DNA of 64,000 nucleotides from NCBI GenBank assembly GCA_965200875.1, contig OZ241456.1, positions 768,001-832,000 of the forward strand. The letters are read 5' to 3'. The stretch comes from Bdellovibrionales bacterium. GTDB lineage: Bacteria; Bdellovibrionota; Bdellovibrionia; Bdellovibrionales; UBA1609. Positions 41,318-50,041 of the stretch are shown here, in pieces. A program made the position numbers and the translations under genes. Numbering within the stretch: the stretch's first letter is position 1; each line of letters opens with the position of its first letter. The notes beneath the pieces are model-generated. The model was not told the origin of the DNA, did no database searches, and saw nothing but the letters and a program-made list of their open reading frames with translations.

Positions 41318-41491
41318 TAATAATCAGGTGTGAAACAGTCCGCTCAGTGAAGTAAATCACTTGGCACATCTCTTTAAAAGTTCAGAGATTCCAGCTCATC
41401 AAGGGACTGAAAATTCTTAGAGAGCTTTCAGTTTTAAGAAAAAGCATTTATTCAGGAAAAACTATCATTAAGACACATAAGTTATTCAGGA

Positions 41492-41779
41492 TTACTTTTC
41501 TTTGGCATTCTTGGTTTTTGAAGTTTTTCCATTTTTATTTGTTTTAACCTTGAGTGTTGGCATGTGATGAGGTTTGAGAAGTGGAAGAACCACTGGGGAT
41601 AAACGCATTCGTTGGCTCATGTTGGTAATAAATTCTCTTAAATAAGGGTATATATTAAAATAAGCATTTTCAGTTCCAAAATACTTAACAGCTTTTTTAT
41701 TTAACTTTATATCATTAACCTCGGTGTTTTGAGTTGTTTTGATGAAAAACACTGTCGGAAACTTTATTTCTGCTTCCAA
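41492..41779 (-). pseudogene. SecB-like chaperone, N-terminally truncated
   Basis: NAYFNIYPYLREFITNMSQRMRLSPVVLP resembles the SecB C-terminal signature. Confidence 0.6.
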
Positions 41780-42071
41780 TTATGCGGGTGTGGAAGTCTA
41801 CTTCCATATTCAAGTGAAAGCAAACGCGTGCAAAAGTTCTTAAAGTCAGATTGTGACCATCTGACAGCAATTCTGTTACATGAGCTTTTGACTGGTTTAA
41901 AGATCTGGCCAGATTTGTTCTGGTGGTGTTGCTGTTCTGCATGAGTTCAGCAATTTTTTCCTGGGCTTTCAGTATAGCCAGCTCTTCATAGAAAACAGGG
42001 CTGTTTCTAAATGTTTCAGTGCTTTTAGGATAGGATGATTGTTTATTTTTGGTATTTTGATTTTTTTTCAT
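41715..42071 (-). CDS. XRE-family HTH protein (HigA-like antitoxin)
   Basis: TRTNLARSLNQSKAHVTELLSDGHNLTLRTFARV; AAGGAG RBS. Confidence 0.75.
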   Translation of the reverse strand: MKKNQNTKNKQSSYPKSTETFRNSPVFYEELAILKAQEKIAELMQNSNTTRTNLARSLNQSKAHVTELLSDGHNLTLRTFARVCFHLNMEVDFHTRIIGSRNKVSDSVFHQNNSKHRG

Positions 42072-42223
42072 TTTATTCTCCTTCGGTTACTTTTGTATTT
42101 TTTATATATATTTAAATAGCTTGTAAAAAACCTGCGACTTGTTGTCAGTCCTTGTCGGCAGGAATCCTCTATGAAAAAAGTCATTAAGAGCTTTCATTTT
42201 TTTGAAATCAGGAAGTAACAATA

Positions 42224-42364
42224 TTACTTCAATATATTATCACTCTCATATTCTCTCACGGTTTTGCAAAGTTTCGTTGTTTTTTCAATTTCGTTTTTAG
42301 GCCATTTATTTTGTTTCTTCTTGAATCCATCCAATAAGCAGATACATTCTTTACTCAGAAGTAA
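42224..42364 (-). pseudogene. C-terminal remnant of a RelE/HigB-like toxin
   Basis: Hand translation LLLSKECICLLDGFKKKQNKWPKNEIEKTTK…; preceded by an in-frame TGA and no start codon. Confidence 0.6.
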
Positions 42365-42498
42365 TCAAGGTAAAAAACATCAAGTGTCAAGTGTTTACTT
42401 GCTAAAAAAAATATCTAATTTGTTATATTTATAGCGTTTTATATAGAAAAAACTTGACTTTTAAGCGATTATTGGATTTTATAGCCCGTGGAGGATGA

Positions 42499-44343
42499 GT
42501 GTCTGACAAATTATCATACAAATTATTGAAGATACGGCAAAATTTATCACTTTCTCAGGAGGAACTGGCAGAAGAGTTGGGCGTTTCTTTTGCTACAGTA
42601 AATCGGTGGGAAAACGGTCATTCCACTCCAAGAAGGGTTATAATGGAGACTATCCATAATCTATATAAAAGAGCACAGGAGGTGGAAACACAGATGCTTG
42701 AATCTGAAGATCAAAAACCAAAAAAAGATGTTGTGCGGAGAAAAAGCCGAGGAGGTGGCCCGGGAACAGGTATTCTGGATAGTAGTTCTATGGAACAAAT
42801 GCTTTGGAAAGTTGCCTGCGGAATTAGGGGTGAAAAAGACGCTCCAAAGTTTAAAAATTATCTTCTTCCCCTGTTATTTATCAAGCGACTTTCTGATGTA
42901 TTTGATGACGAGATTAATCGGCTTACGCAAAAGTTTGGCAGTCGCGAAAAAGCTTTAAAAATGCTGGAGCTGGATCCTTCTCTGGTTCGTTTTTACCTTT
43001 CGCCGGAGGCCAGATGGTCTGTTGTCAGTGGGCAGACTGACTTTAAATGGCCAAGAGAAAATAAACCTCGTTCTTTGGGAGAGCAATTAACTTTAACTAT
43101 GAGGGTTATTGTGAAAGACAACCCGGAGTTAAGGGGTGTTATTGATACTGAAGATTATAACGAAAGCAGAGGAGGGGAGCGGGAGATAAGTGATTCTGCT
43201 TTAAGGAAAGTTATTGAAATTTTCTCCAATCCTAAATATCGTTTAGGGCTTAACGATGTGGAGCCTGATTTTTTAGGTCGAGCCTACGAGTATCTTTTAA
43301 GGAAGTTTGCTGAAGGGCAGGGGCAAAGCTCAGGAGAGTTTTTTACTCCGCGTGAAGTGGGCTTTATTATGGCTAAAATTATGCAACCCTTTGGAGGGGA
43401 AACTGCGTATGACTGCGCCTGCGGTTCTTTTGGCCTGTTGATAAAGCTTCAGCTTGTGTTAAGACAAACCAACCCTTTAAATAAAATCCCTTTGCATTTG
43501 AGTGGTCAGGAGCTTAACGGCTCCAGTTTTGCCATTGCCTGTATGAACAGAATTATCCACGATATAGAAGGAAAAGTGAAGAGAGGCGACTCCATGCAAA
43601 ACCCTAAGTTCAAAGACTCTACTGGCAGATTAAAAAAGTTCGATATTATTGTGGCCAATCCCATGTGGAATCAGCCCTTCAACAATTCTGTTTATGAAAA
43701 CGATCCTTTTAATCGCTTTGAGTCCCAAGGTGGCATTACTTCTGGCAAAGCAGACTGGGCATGGCTTCAACACATACTGGCTTGTCTTAAAGAAAAAACA
43801 GGACGGGCAGGGGTGGTGCTGGATACTGGAGCAGTTACTCGAGGGAGTGGAAGTCAACACGAAGACAAGGAGAAAAAAATCAGAAAATGGTTTGTGGATA
43901 ATGACTTTATTGAAGGTGTGATACTTTTACCAGAAAATCTTTTTTACAATACCTCTTCAGCCGGCATTATTGTTTTTCTGAACAAAAACAAACTGGAAGA
44001 AAGAAAAAATAAAATTATTTTATTAAATGCCAGTCAGGAATTTTACAAAGGAAAACCCAAGAATCATATTTCAGAGGAAGGGATTAAAAAAATAGCCACC
44101 GCCTTTATTAAAGGTGAAGAGGTGGATCGTTTTGTGAAGGTTATCACAAAAGAGTCCGTAAAGAAGAATGATTACAACCTCTCTCCTTCCCGATATATCA
44201 GTCTTTCGGAGGAAGCAGTGTATCGCCCCATCCCTCAAATTTTATCTGACTTAAACATGATCCAAAAATCAGCGGATAAAGTGGATCGGGATTTAGCTAT
44301 GATTTTCCAAAAATTAAAGCCTAAACTTAAGGTGCAAAATTAG
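42499..44343 (+). CDS. hsdM: Type I R-M methyltransferase with N-terminal XRE HTH
   Basis: LSQEELAEELGVSFATVNRWENG; LGRAYEYLLRKFA, GEFFTP, DCACGS, ANPMW, LPENLFYNT, NLSPSRY. Confidence 0.92.
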   Translation: MSDKLSYKLLKIRQNLSLSQEELAEELGVSFATVNRWENGHSTPRRVIMETIHNLYKRAQEVETQMLESEDQKPKKDVVRRKSRGGGPGTGILDSSSMEQMLWKVACGIRGEKDAPKFKNYLLPLLFIKRLSDVFDDEINRLTQKFGSREKALKMLELDPSLVRFYLSPEARWSVVSGQTDFKWPRENKPRSLGEQLTLTMRVIVKDNPELRGVIDTEDYNESRGGEREISDSALRKVIEIFSNPKYRLGLNDVEPDFLGRAYEYLLRKFAEGQGQSSGEFFTPREVGFIMAKIMQPFGGETAYDCACGSFGLLIKLQLVLRQTNPLNKIPLHLSGQELNGSSFAIACMNRIIHDIEGKVKRGDSMQNPKFKDSTGRLKKFDIIVANPMWNQPFNNSVYENDPFNRFESQGGITSGKADWAWLQHILACLKEKTGRAGVVLDTGAVTRGSGSQHEDKEKKIRKWFVDNDFIEGVILLPENLFYNTSSAGIIVFLNKNKLEERKNKIILLNASQEFYKGKPKNHISEEGIKKIATAFIKGEEVDRFVKVITKESVKKNDYNLSPSRYISLSEEAVYRPIPQILSDLNMIQKSADKVDRDLAMIFQKLKPKLKVQN

Positions 44344-44431
44344 ATGTTTGAAAAAAATTTTGCTATATTCAGTCCAAAACATAAACCAGCGCGAAAAAAA
44401 ATCAAACCAAGGAGAAGAATGAAAAAAGGAG

Positions 44432-46087
44432 GTGAAAGTGGGCACACCACAGTCACAAAGAAAGCAAAAGCGTTTTCGCATAACTGATAAAAAAATCAAT
44501 AACCTGCTATTAATGGGGGAAGGGTATCGCATAGAGTTTAAACAATCTCTTGATAAGTCTCTTCTTGAAGAGGTTTGTGCTTTTGCCAATTCATCAGGTG
44601 GTTATATTTTAATAGGAGTGGCAGATGATAAAACCATTAAAGGAGTGAACATAAGCCATCGGCAACTTTCTCAAATCCAGGATATGTTGATCCGTTTACA
44701 ACCTAAGTTGGATATCATTGTTACAGCCAAGAAAAACCTTATTGTTATTTGTGTTCCTGAAGGTTCTGAAAAACCTTATAGTTCTCCAAGGGGATTTTTT
44801 ATGAGAGTGGGGGCAAATTCTCAAAAAATGACTAGGGATGAAATTATTGGTTTTTTTAAAAAAGAGGGTCGGATCCATTTTGAAGAGTTAATCAATGAAA
44901 AAGCAACCTTTGAAAAGGATTTTGATCCACAGGCTTTTAAAAAATTTTTAAAACTATCAGGGATCAACCCAACAATTAAACAGGAAACTCTTTTACAAAA
45001 TCTTGATTGTTTGACACCAGATAACAATCTTACAAACTTAGGGGTTTTGTTTTTTGCCAAGGACCTAGATTTCATTATGAATCATGCTCTTGTGGATTGT
45101 ATTTTGTTTCGAGGTGTAAATAAAGTAAAGATTTTAGATAGAAAGCAATACAAAGGAAATATTATTGAAAATATTGAAAGTGCTTTGGCTTTTGTGCAAA
45201 GACATACAAATACAGAGTATGTGATTACAGGTAAACCCCAAAGGGAGGAAATTGCTGATTACCCTGAAACTGCTTTAAGGGAAGCTATTGTCAATGCTGT
45301 TTGCCATAGAGATTATTTTGAAAAACGTTGCCATGTAGTTGTGGAAGTATTTTCTAACAGAGTGAAAATTGACAATCCGGGTGGTTTGCCAAGTGGGCTT
45401 AATCCAAAACAATTTGGAACAAAAAGTGTGCCACGAAATCTTTTTATTGCCTCAATGCTTCATAGAGCAAATTACATAGAACAAGCCGGAACAGGAATAA
45501 ACCGCATAAAAGAAGCACTTGCTAATCATAAAAAGAAAGTGATTCTTGATATTCAATATAGTAAAGCCAGTACTTTTTACACTGTTGTTTTTAGAAAGAA
45601 AGCACTTACCAGCACTACCCAGAAACCGGCATTAGGCACTACCCAGAAAAGGTTATCCGGCACTACCCAGAAACCGGCATTAGGCACTACCCAGAAAAGG
45701 TTATCCGGCACTACCCAGAAACCGGCATTAGGCACTACCCAGAAAAGGTTATCCGGCACTACCCAGAAACCGATATCAGGCACTACCCAGAAAAGGTTAT
45801 CCGGTACTACCCAGAAAAGGTTATCCGGCACTACCCAGAAACCGGCATTAGGCACTACCCAGAAAAGGTTATCCGGTACTACCCAGAAACCGATATCAGG
45901 CACTACCCAGAAAATTTTGAATTTAATAAATAAAAACCCTGTTATCACTAGGCAAGAACTGGCGGAACAAATCGGCAACATTAGTGTAGATGGTATTAAG
46001 TACCATTTGGAACAGCTAAAAAAGAAAGGTTTTTTGAAAAGAATTGGTCCTGCTAAAGGTGGTCATTGGAAGGTTCTTAAAAAATGA
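44432..46087 (+). CDS. AlbA_2 (Schlafen-like) + HATPase_c_4 + winged-helix protein
   Basis: GEGYRIEFK…CAFANSSGG, YPETALREAIVNAVCHRDY, PRN, GTG, RIGPAKGGHW. Confidence 0.88.
   Translation: MKVGTPQSQRKQKRFRITDKKINNLLLMGEGYRIEFKQSLDKSLLEEVCAFANSSGGYILIGVADDKTIKGVNISHRQLSQIQDMLIRLQPKLDIIVTAKKNLIVICVPEGSEKPYSSPRGFFMRVGANSQKMTRDEIIGFFKKEGRIHFEELINEKATFEKDFDPQAFKKFLKLSGINPTIKQETLLQNLDCLTPDNNLTNLGVLFFAKDLDFIMNHALVDCILFRGVNKVKILDRKQYKGNIIENIESALAFVQRHTNTEYVITGKPQREEIADYPETALREAIVNAVCHRDYFEKRCHVVVEVFSNRVKIDNPGGLPSGLNPKQFGTKSVPRNLFIASMLHRANYIEQAGTGINRIKEALANHKKKVILDIQYSKASTFYTVVFRKKALTSTTQKPALGTTQKRLSGTTQKPALGTTQKRLSGTTQKPALGTTQKRLSGTTQKPISGTTQKRLSGTTQKRLSGTTQKPALGTTQKRLSGTTQKPISGTTQKILNLINKNPVITRQELAEQIGNISVDGIKYHLEQLKKKGFLKRIGPAKGGHWKVLKK
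45614..45913 (+). repeat. Coding 24-bp tandem repeat, 12 full units plus a half (TTQK-PALG/RLSG/PISG)
   Basis: ACTACCCAGAAA recurs every 24 nt from 45614 to 45902. Confidence 0.95.
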
Positions 46088-46103
46088 AACGAGCAGTTAG
46101 ACA

Positions 46104-46292
46104 CGATGTCATTCCCGCCTTGAGCGGGAATCCCGCACTTAAACGGGAAGCCAAATCGTTGTCTTCCTGTCCCTTGCGATCGAGAATCCAGCAACAGTTT
46201 TCATTTTGTTACGATGTCATTCCCGCCTTGAGCGGGAATCCCGCACTTAAACAGGAAGATAAATTGTTATCTTCCTGTCCCTTGCGGTCGAG
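46104..46292 (+). repeat. Two composite palindromic repeats, 108-bp period
   Basis: GTCATTCCCGCCTTGAGCGGGAATCCC at 46108 and 46216 with shared downstream flank. Confidence 0.9.
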
Positions 46293-46474
46293 AAGACAAT
46301 CATCTAAAAATAGAAAGGAGATGTTAAAATGAGTGTAAACAAATGTGTTATATGGGGTACTTTACTAAAAACAGAACTGAAAAATTAAAAACTATCAAAG
46401 TATTATCTATTGATAAAAAGGATCAAGGAAATAACTTGTATAAAAATTCAAACAAATAAATAAAGGAGGCAAAC

Positions 46475-46918
46475 ATGAGTGAGCAAAATAAAAAAGAAAG
46501 TGAAATCAATACGGATTTCTTAGATCGCTGTATTCGAGCTTTGGAAATTTCATACAATAAACTGCAAAAACTGTCCCCGGAAAATATTGAATATGACATT
46601 TATCGCTCTGCTTGTGTTAAAGAGTTTGAAATTATTTTGGAGCAATGCGGGAAGTTGTTAAAAAAACGCCTGAGAGATTTTTTTCATTCCAATAAAGCTG
46701 TTGATGATTTGGTATTTAAGGATCTTTTTCGTTACTCAGCAAAACATGGTTTGATGGATATTAAGAGCAGTGAACGCTGGTGTAAATATAGAGATAACAG
46801 AAATAACACAGCTCATGATTATGGAGTGGGTTTTGCCGAAGAAACTTTAAAAGCTCTATCCCCATTTATAACTGACGCGAAAGCCATTGTTGATATTTTG
46901 AAAAAGAAAGAGACATAA
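46475..46918 (+). CDS. HEPN-type nucleotidyltransferase substrate-binding protein (HI0074-like toxin)
   Basis: RSACVKEFEIILE, RNNTAHDY (Rx4H); AAGGAGG RBS. Confidence 0.88.
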   Translation: MSEQNKKESEINTDFLDRCIRALEISYNKLQKLSPENIEYDIYRSACVKEFEIILEQCGKLLKKRLRDFFHSNKAVDDLVFKDLFRYSAKHGLMDIKSSERWCKYRDNRNNTAHDYGVGFAEETLKALSPFITDAKAIVDILKKKET

Positions 46919-47012
46919 ATATAGGGTCGTGAAAAACTTGGTTAAACATTGTTTATTTTTCTAAAAAATAAACCGCTTTAATAAGTAAACATAAAAAATC
47001 AGTTTTGCTGAT

Positions 47013-48893
47013 ATGATAAAAAATAAGACTAAAAAAGCAGGAGAAAGTTCAGTGTCTGAAAAAAAACTTCATTTGCCTGTTAAATATAGAAAACAAATAA
47101 AGACTCTGTTTCGAAAGCATTTACCTGATGTGGATGTATGGGTTTACGGAAGTCGGGTTAACGGACAAAGCCACCCAGCTAGTGACTTAGATCTAGTGTT
47201 GCGTGCGCCGGGGTTAAAAAAGATTAATTCATTAAAACTATATGACTTAAAGGAAGCTTTAACAGAGTCCAATATTCCTTTTTTAGTGGAGGCAAGGGAT
47301 TGGGCTTTACTTCCAAAAAGCTTTCATCAGGAAATTAAGCGTAGTTATATTATTTTAATTAAAGGCGAAAAAAAATATTACACTGATGAGGTAAAAACAA
47401 AAAAAATATTGAGTAAAAAACCTTCTGTCAATTCCTCTGGGTCTGTAAATTTCTCTGAGTTTGTCACCACTTCCTCTGAGCCTATTACTCCATCCGTGGG
47501 CAGGACTCCAAAACTTAAACAGGAAGCCAAATCATTGTCTTCCCGCTCCACCTCTTCAGGCGTTCCCGCCAAGCACGATGTTCATCCCCCTAGGCACGAT
47601 GTCATTCCCGCGCAAGCGGGAATCCAGAAAAAGCTTTCATCTGAAAAAAAATGGAGGCTTTGTTCTATAAGAGAGGAGTATTCATCGACACAACAAGTAG
47701 ATAAATCATTGTCTTCCCGCTCCACCTCTTCAGGCGTTCCCGCCAAGCACGATGTTCATCCCCCTAGGCACGATGTCATTCCCGCGCAAGCGGGAATCCA
47801 GAAAAAGCTTTCATTTGAAAATGAGCAGAAGCTTGGTTCTGCACAATCTGAGTATACAGGAAACACAAAACAAACAGAGATCGGAGAAATACCAGAAGAA
47901 TGGGATATTACTTCTATTAAAGAAGCTTATTTTTTTTCTAAAAAACCAAAAGAATTAAACTTAAAAAGCTTTTCACATATATCTTTTGTTCCCATGCAAT
48001 TAATCCCGGATAATCAGCTATTTTTAAGTAATTATATAGAAAAGAAATGGAAACTACTGTCAAGTGGTGTATATTTTGAGGAAGGAGATTTATTGTTATC
48101 AAAAATTACCCCTTCATTTGAAAATGGAAAACAATGTATTATCAGAAATATAAAAAATGGATTTGGAATTGCAACAACAGAGGTAATTCCTATTAAAAGT
48201 AAAAAAGGGGTAAGTGATATAAGGTTTCTTTTTTATTATTTATTATTAAATAATATTCGCTCTACAATAGCAGGAAAAATGGAAGGAACAACAGGAAAAA
48301 AACGAATACCTGTATATGTTATTAAAAACTTCAAAATCCCTCTTCCACCACTTGAGGAGCAAAAAAAGATTGTGGAGATTTTGTCTAAAATTCAAAAAGC
48401 GGTTGAGATACAAAATAAAATTATTAAAGTCACAAAAGAATTAAAACAAACAACTATGAAGTATCTTTTTACATATGGAACAAGAGGAAGTAAAAGCACT
48501 TTGGAGATACCAGAGTATGCTGACCCTTCCTGTCCCACCTCTTCAATCGTTTCATCTAAGCACGATGTTTATTCTTCTGAACTTGTCACTCCTTCTGAGC
48601 CTGTCAATTCCTCTGAGTCTGTCATTCCCGCCGTGAGCATGACTCTAAAACTTAAGCATGAAGACAAATCGTTGTCTTCCCGTCCCTTGCAGTCGGGAAT
48701 CAAGAAAAAACCTTCATCTGAAAGTGAGAAGGCATTTGGTTCTGCACAAGCGGATATATTGCAAAAGATAGATGATAAAATATCAGTACATGAAAAGAAA
48801 AAGTCAACACTTGAAGAATTACTTAAAACCATGTTAAACCAGCTAATGACCGGAAAAATCCGTACTCATAGTGTGGATATACTGGAAAAATAA
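47013..48893 (+). CDS. hsdS: Minimal nucleotidyltransferase fused to a single-TRD type I specificity subunit, with repeat-derived inserts
   Basis: VWVYGSRVNG…SDLDL (MNT); KQTEIGEIPEEW, GDLLLSKITP, IPLPPLEEQKKI, LMTGKIR (HsdS). Confidence 0.85.
   Translation: MIKNKTKKAGESSVSEKKLHLPVKYRKQIKTLFRKHLPDVDVWVYGSRVNGQSHPASDLDLVLRAPGLKKINSLKLYDLKEALTESNIPFLVEARDWALLPKSFHQEIKRSYIILIKGEKKYYTDEVKTKKILSKKPSVNSSGSVNFSEFVTTSSEPITPSVGRTPKLKQEAKSLSSRSTSSGVPAKHDVHPPRHDVIPAQAGIQKKLSSEKKWRLCSIREEYSSTQQVDKSLSSRSTSSGVPAKHDVHPPRHDVIPAQAGIQKKLSFENEQKLGSAQSEYTGNTKQTEIGEIPEEWDITSIKEAYFFSKKPKELNLKSFSHISFVPMQLIPDNQLFLSNYIEKKWKLLSSGVYFEEGDLLLSKITPSFENGKQCIIRNIKNGFGIATTEVIPIKSKKGVSDIRFLFYYLLLNNIRSTIAGKMEGTTGKKRIPVYVIKNFKIPLPPLEEQKKIVEILSKIQKAVEIQNKIIKVTKELKQTTMKYLFTYGTRGSKSTLEIPEYADPSCPTSSIVSSKHDVYSSELVTPSEPVNSSESVIPAVSMTLKLKHEDKSLSSRPLQSGIKKKPSSESEKAFGSAQADILQKIDDKISVHEKKKSTLEELLKTMLNQLMTGKIRTHSVDILEK
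47529..47814 (+). repeat. Two 112-bp direct repeats (174-bp period) containing the palindrome, inside the hsdS ORF
   Basis: GTCATTCCCGCGCAAGCGGGAATCCAG at 47601 and 47775. Confidence 0.92.
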
Positions 48894-48914
48894 ATAAAGA
48901 ATAAAAAGGACACT

Positions 48915-49979
48915 ATGTTTAATATCGATCAGCAAATCTCATTAAGAACGGAATTAACTCCTCGTATATTGCCGAGAACCCAATATTTGGGAAGCAAACA
49001 GAAATTGGTAAAATGGATATACCAATGCTCTCCTAAAAATATAAAAACAGTTTTTGACGCATTTAGTGGCACATCTGCTGTAGGATATCATTTTAAAACC
49101 CAAGGAAAAAAAGTTATAGCCAATGATTTTCTAAAGTTTAATTACCATATTGGAAAAGCCCTTATTGAAAATAAAAATATCATCTTGACGAATAAAGATA
49201 TTAAGTTGTTGTTGCAAAATAATAAAACCTCTGACTTCTTTATTGAAGAAAACTTTACTGGAGTATTTTTTGAAAAAGAACAGGCTCAATTTTTAGATAA
49301 TTTTAGAGCCAATATTGATCTCTTAAATAATCAATATAAAAAATCTTTGGCTTTTACAATTATTAATAGAGCTTTAACAAAGAAGGTTTTGTTGGGCCAT
49401 TTTGCACATTTAAAAGCTCTGGACTACAGCAAAAATCTTAAGCGTATTAAAAGAAACCCGGCTATTACTCGACCCATAAAAGATCTATTTCTGGATCTGG
49501 TAAATGATTATAATCATGCGGTGTTTGATAATAAGCAACAAAACAAAATGTACTGTCAGGATATAATTGGTTTTATCAGGAATATAAAAGGTGTGGACTT
49601 GGTATATTTTGATCCTCCTTATTATGGCTGTCATCCAGATTATCAGGCTTTTTATCATTTCCTAGAAACTTATGTTGAGTACTGGAAAGAAAAACAATTT
49701 ATTAATAAAACGAAACAATATTTCCCTAAGAAGAAAAGTGGCTTTACACAAAAAAATGAAATAGTGGAGTCATTTAAAAAACTATTTGAGAACAGTCAGG
49801 ATATTCCATATTGGCTGATTTCTTACAATAGTAATAGCTACCCTGATAAAGAGACTATGACGAATATAATACAGCAATATAGAAAAACTAAAGTTTTTGA
49901 AAATGAATATCAAAATCATTACGGAGGCAAAGGCTCTCGCAAAGGTACACGAGAATATTTGTTTTTATGTTATGAGTAA
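48915..49979 (+). CDS. DNA adenine methyltransferase (D12 class)
   Basis: QYLGSK, FDAFSGT, YFDPPY, LISYN, EYLF. Confidence 0.9.
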   Translation: MFNIDQQISLRTELTPRILPRTQYLGSKQKLVKWIYQCSPKNIKTVFDAFSGTSAVGYHFKTQGKKVIANDFLKFNYHIGKALIENKNIILTNKDIKLLLQNNKTSDFFIEENFTGVFFEKEQAQFLDNFRANIDLLNNQYKKSLAFTIINRALTKKVLLGHFAHLKALDYSKNLKRIKRNPAITRPIKDLFLDLVNDYNHAVFDNKQQNKMYCQDIIGFIRNIKGVDLVYFDPPYYGCHPDYQAFYHFLETYVEYWKEKQFINKTKQYFPKKKSGFTQKNEIVESFKKLFENSQDIPYWLISYNSNSYPDKETMTNIIQQYRKTKVFENEYQNHYGGKGSRKGTREYLFLCYE

Positions 49980-50041
49980 AAATAAAGAGCAAGAACATTT
50001 GGATATACTTGTGAAATAAAAATATAAAACAAAAGGAGAGT

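Noticed and set aside
45614..45913. Possible CRISPR array
   Set aside because: 24-bp units with only three recurring variants, in frame within a gene; no unique spacers and no cas genes
46084..46332. 82-aa ORF
   Set aside because: Translation of two repeat copies (DVIPALSGNP twice); no independent evidence of a gene
46329..46388. Short ORF MSVNKCVIWGTLLKTELKN
   Set aside because: Could be a gene-start remnant but is too short to support a call
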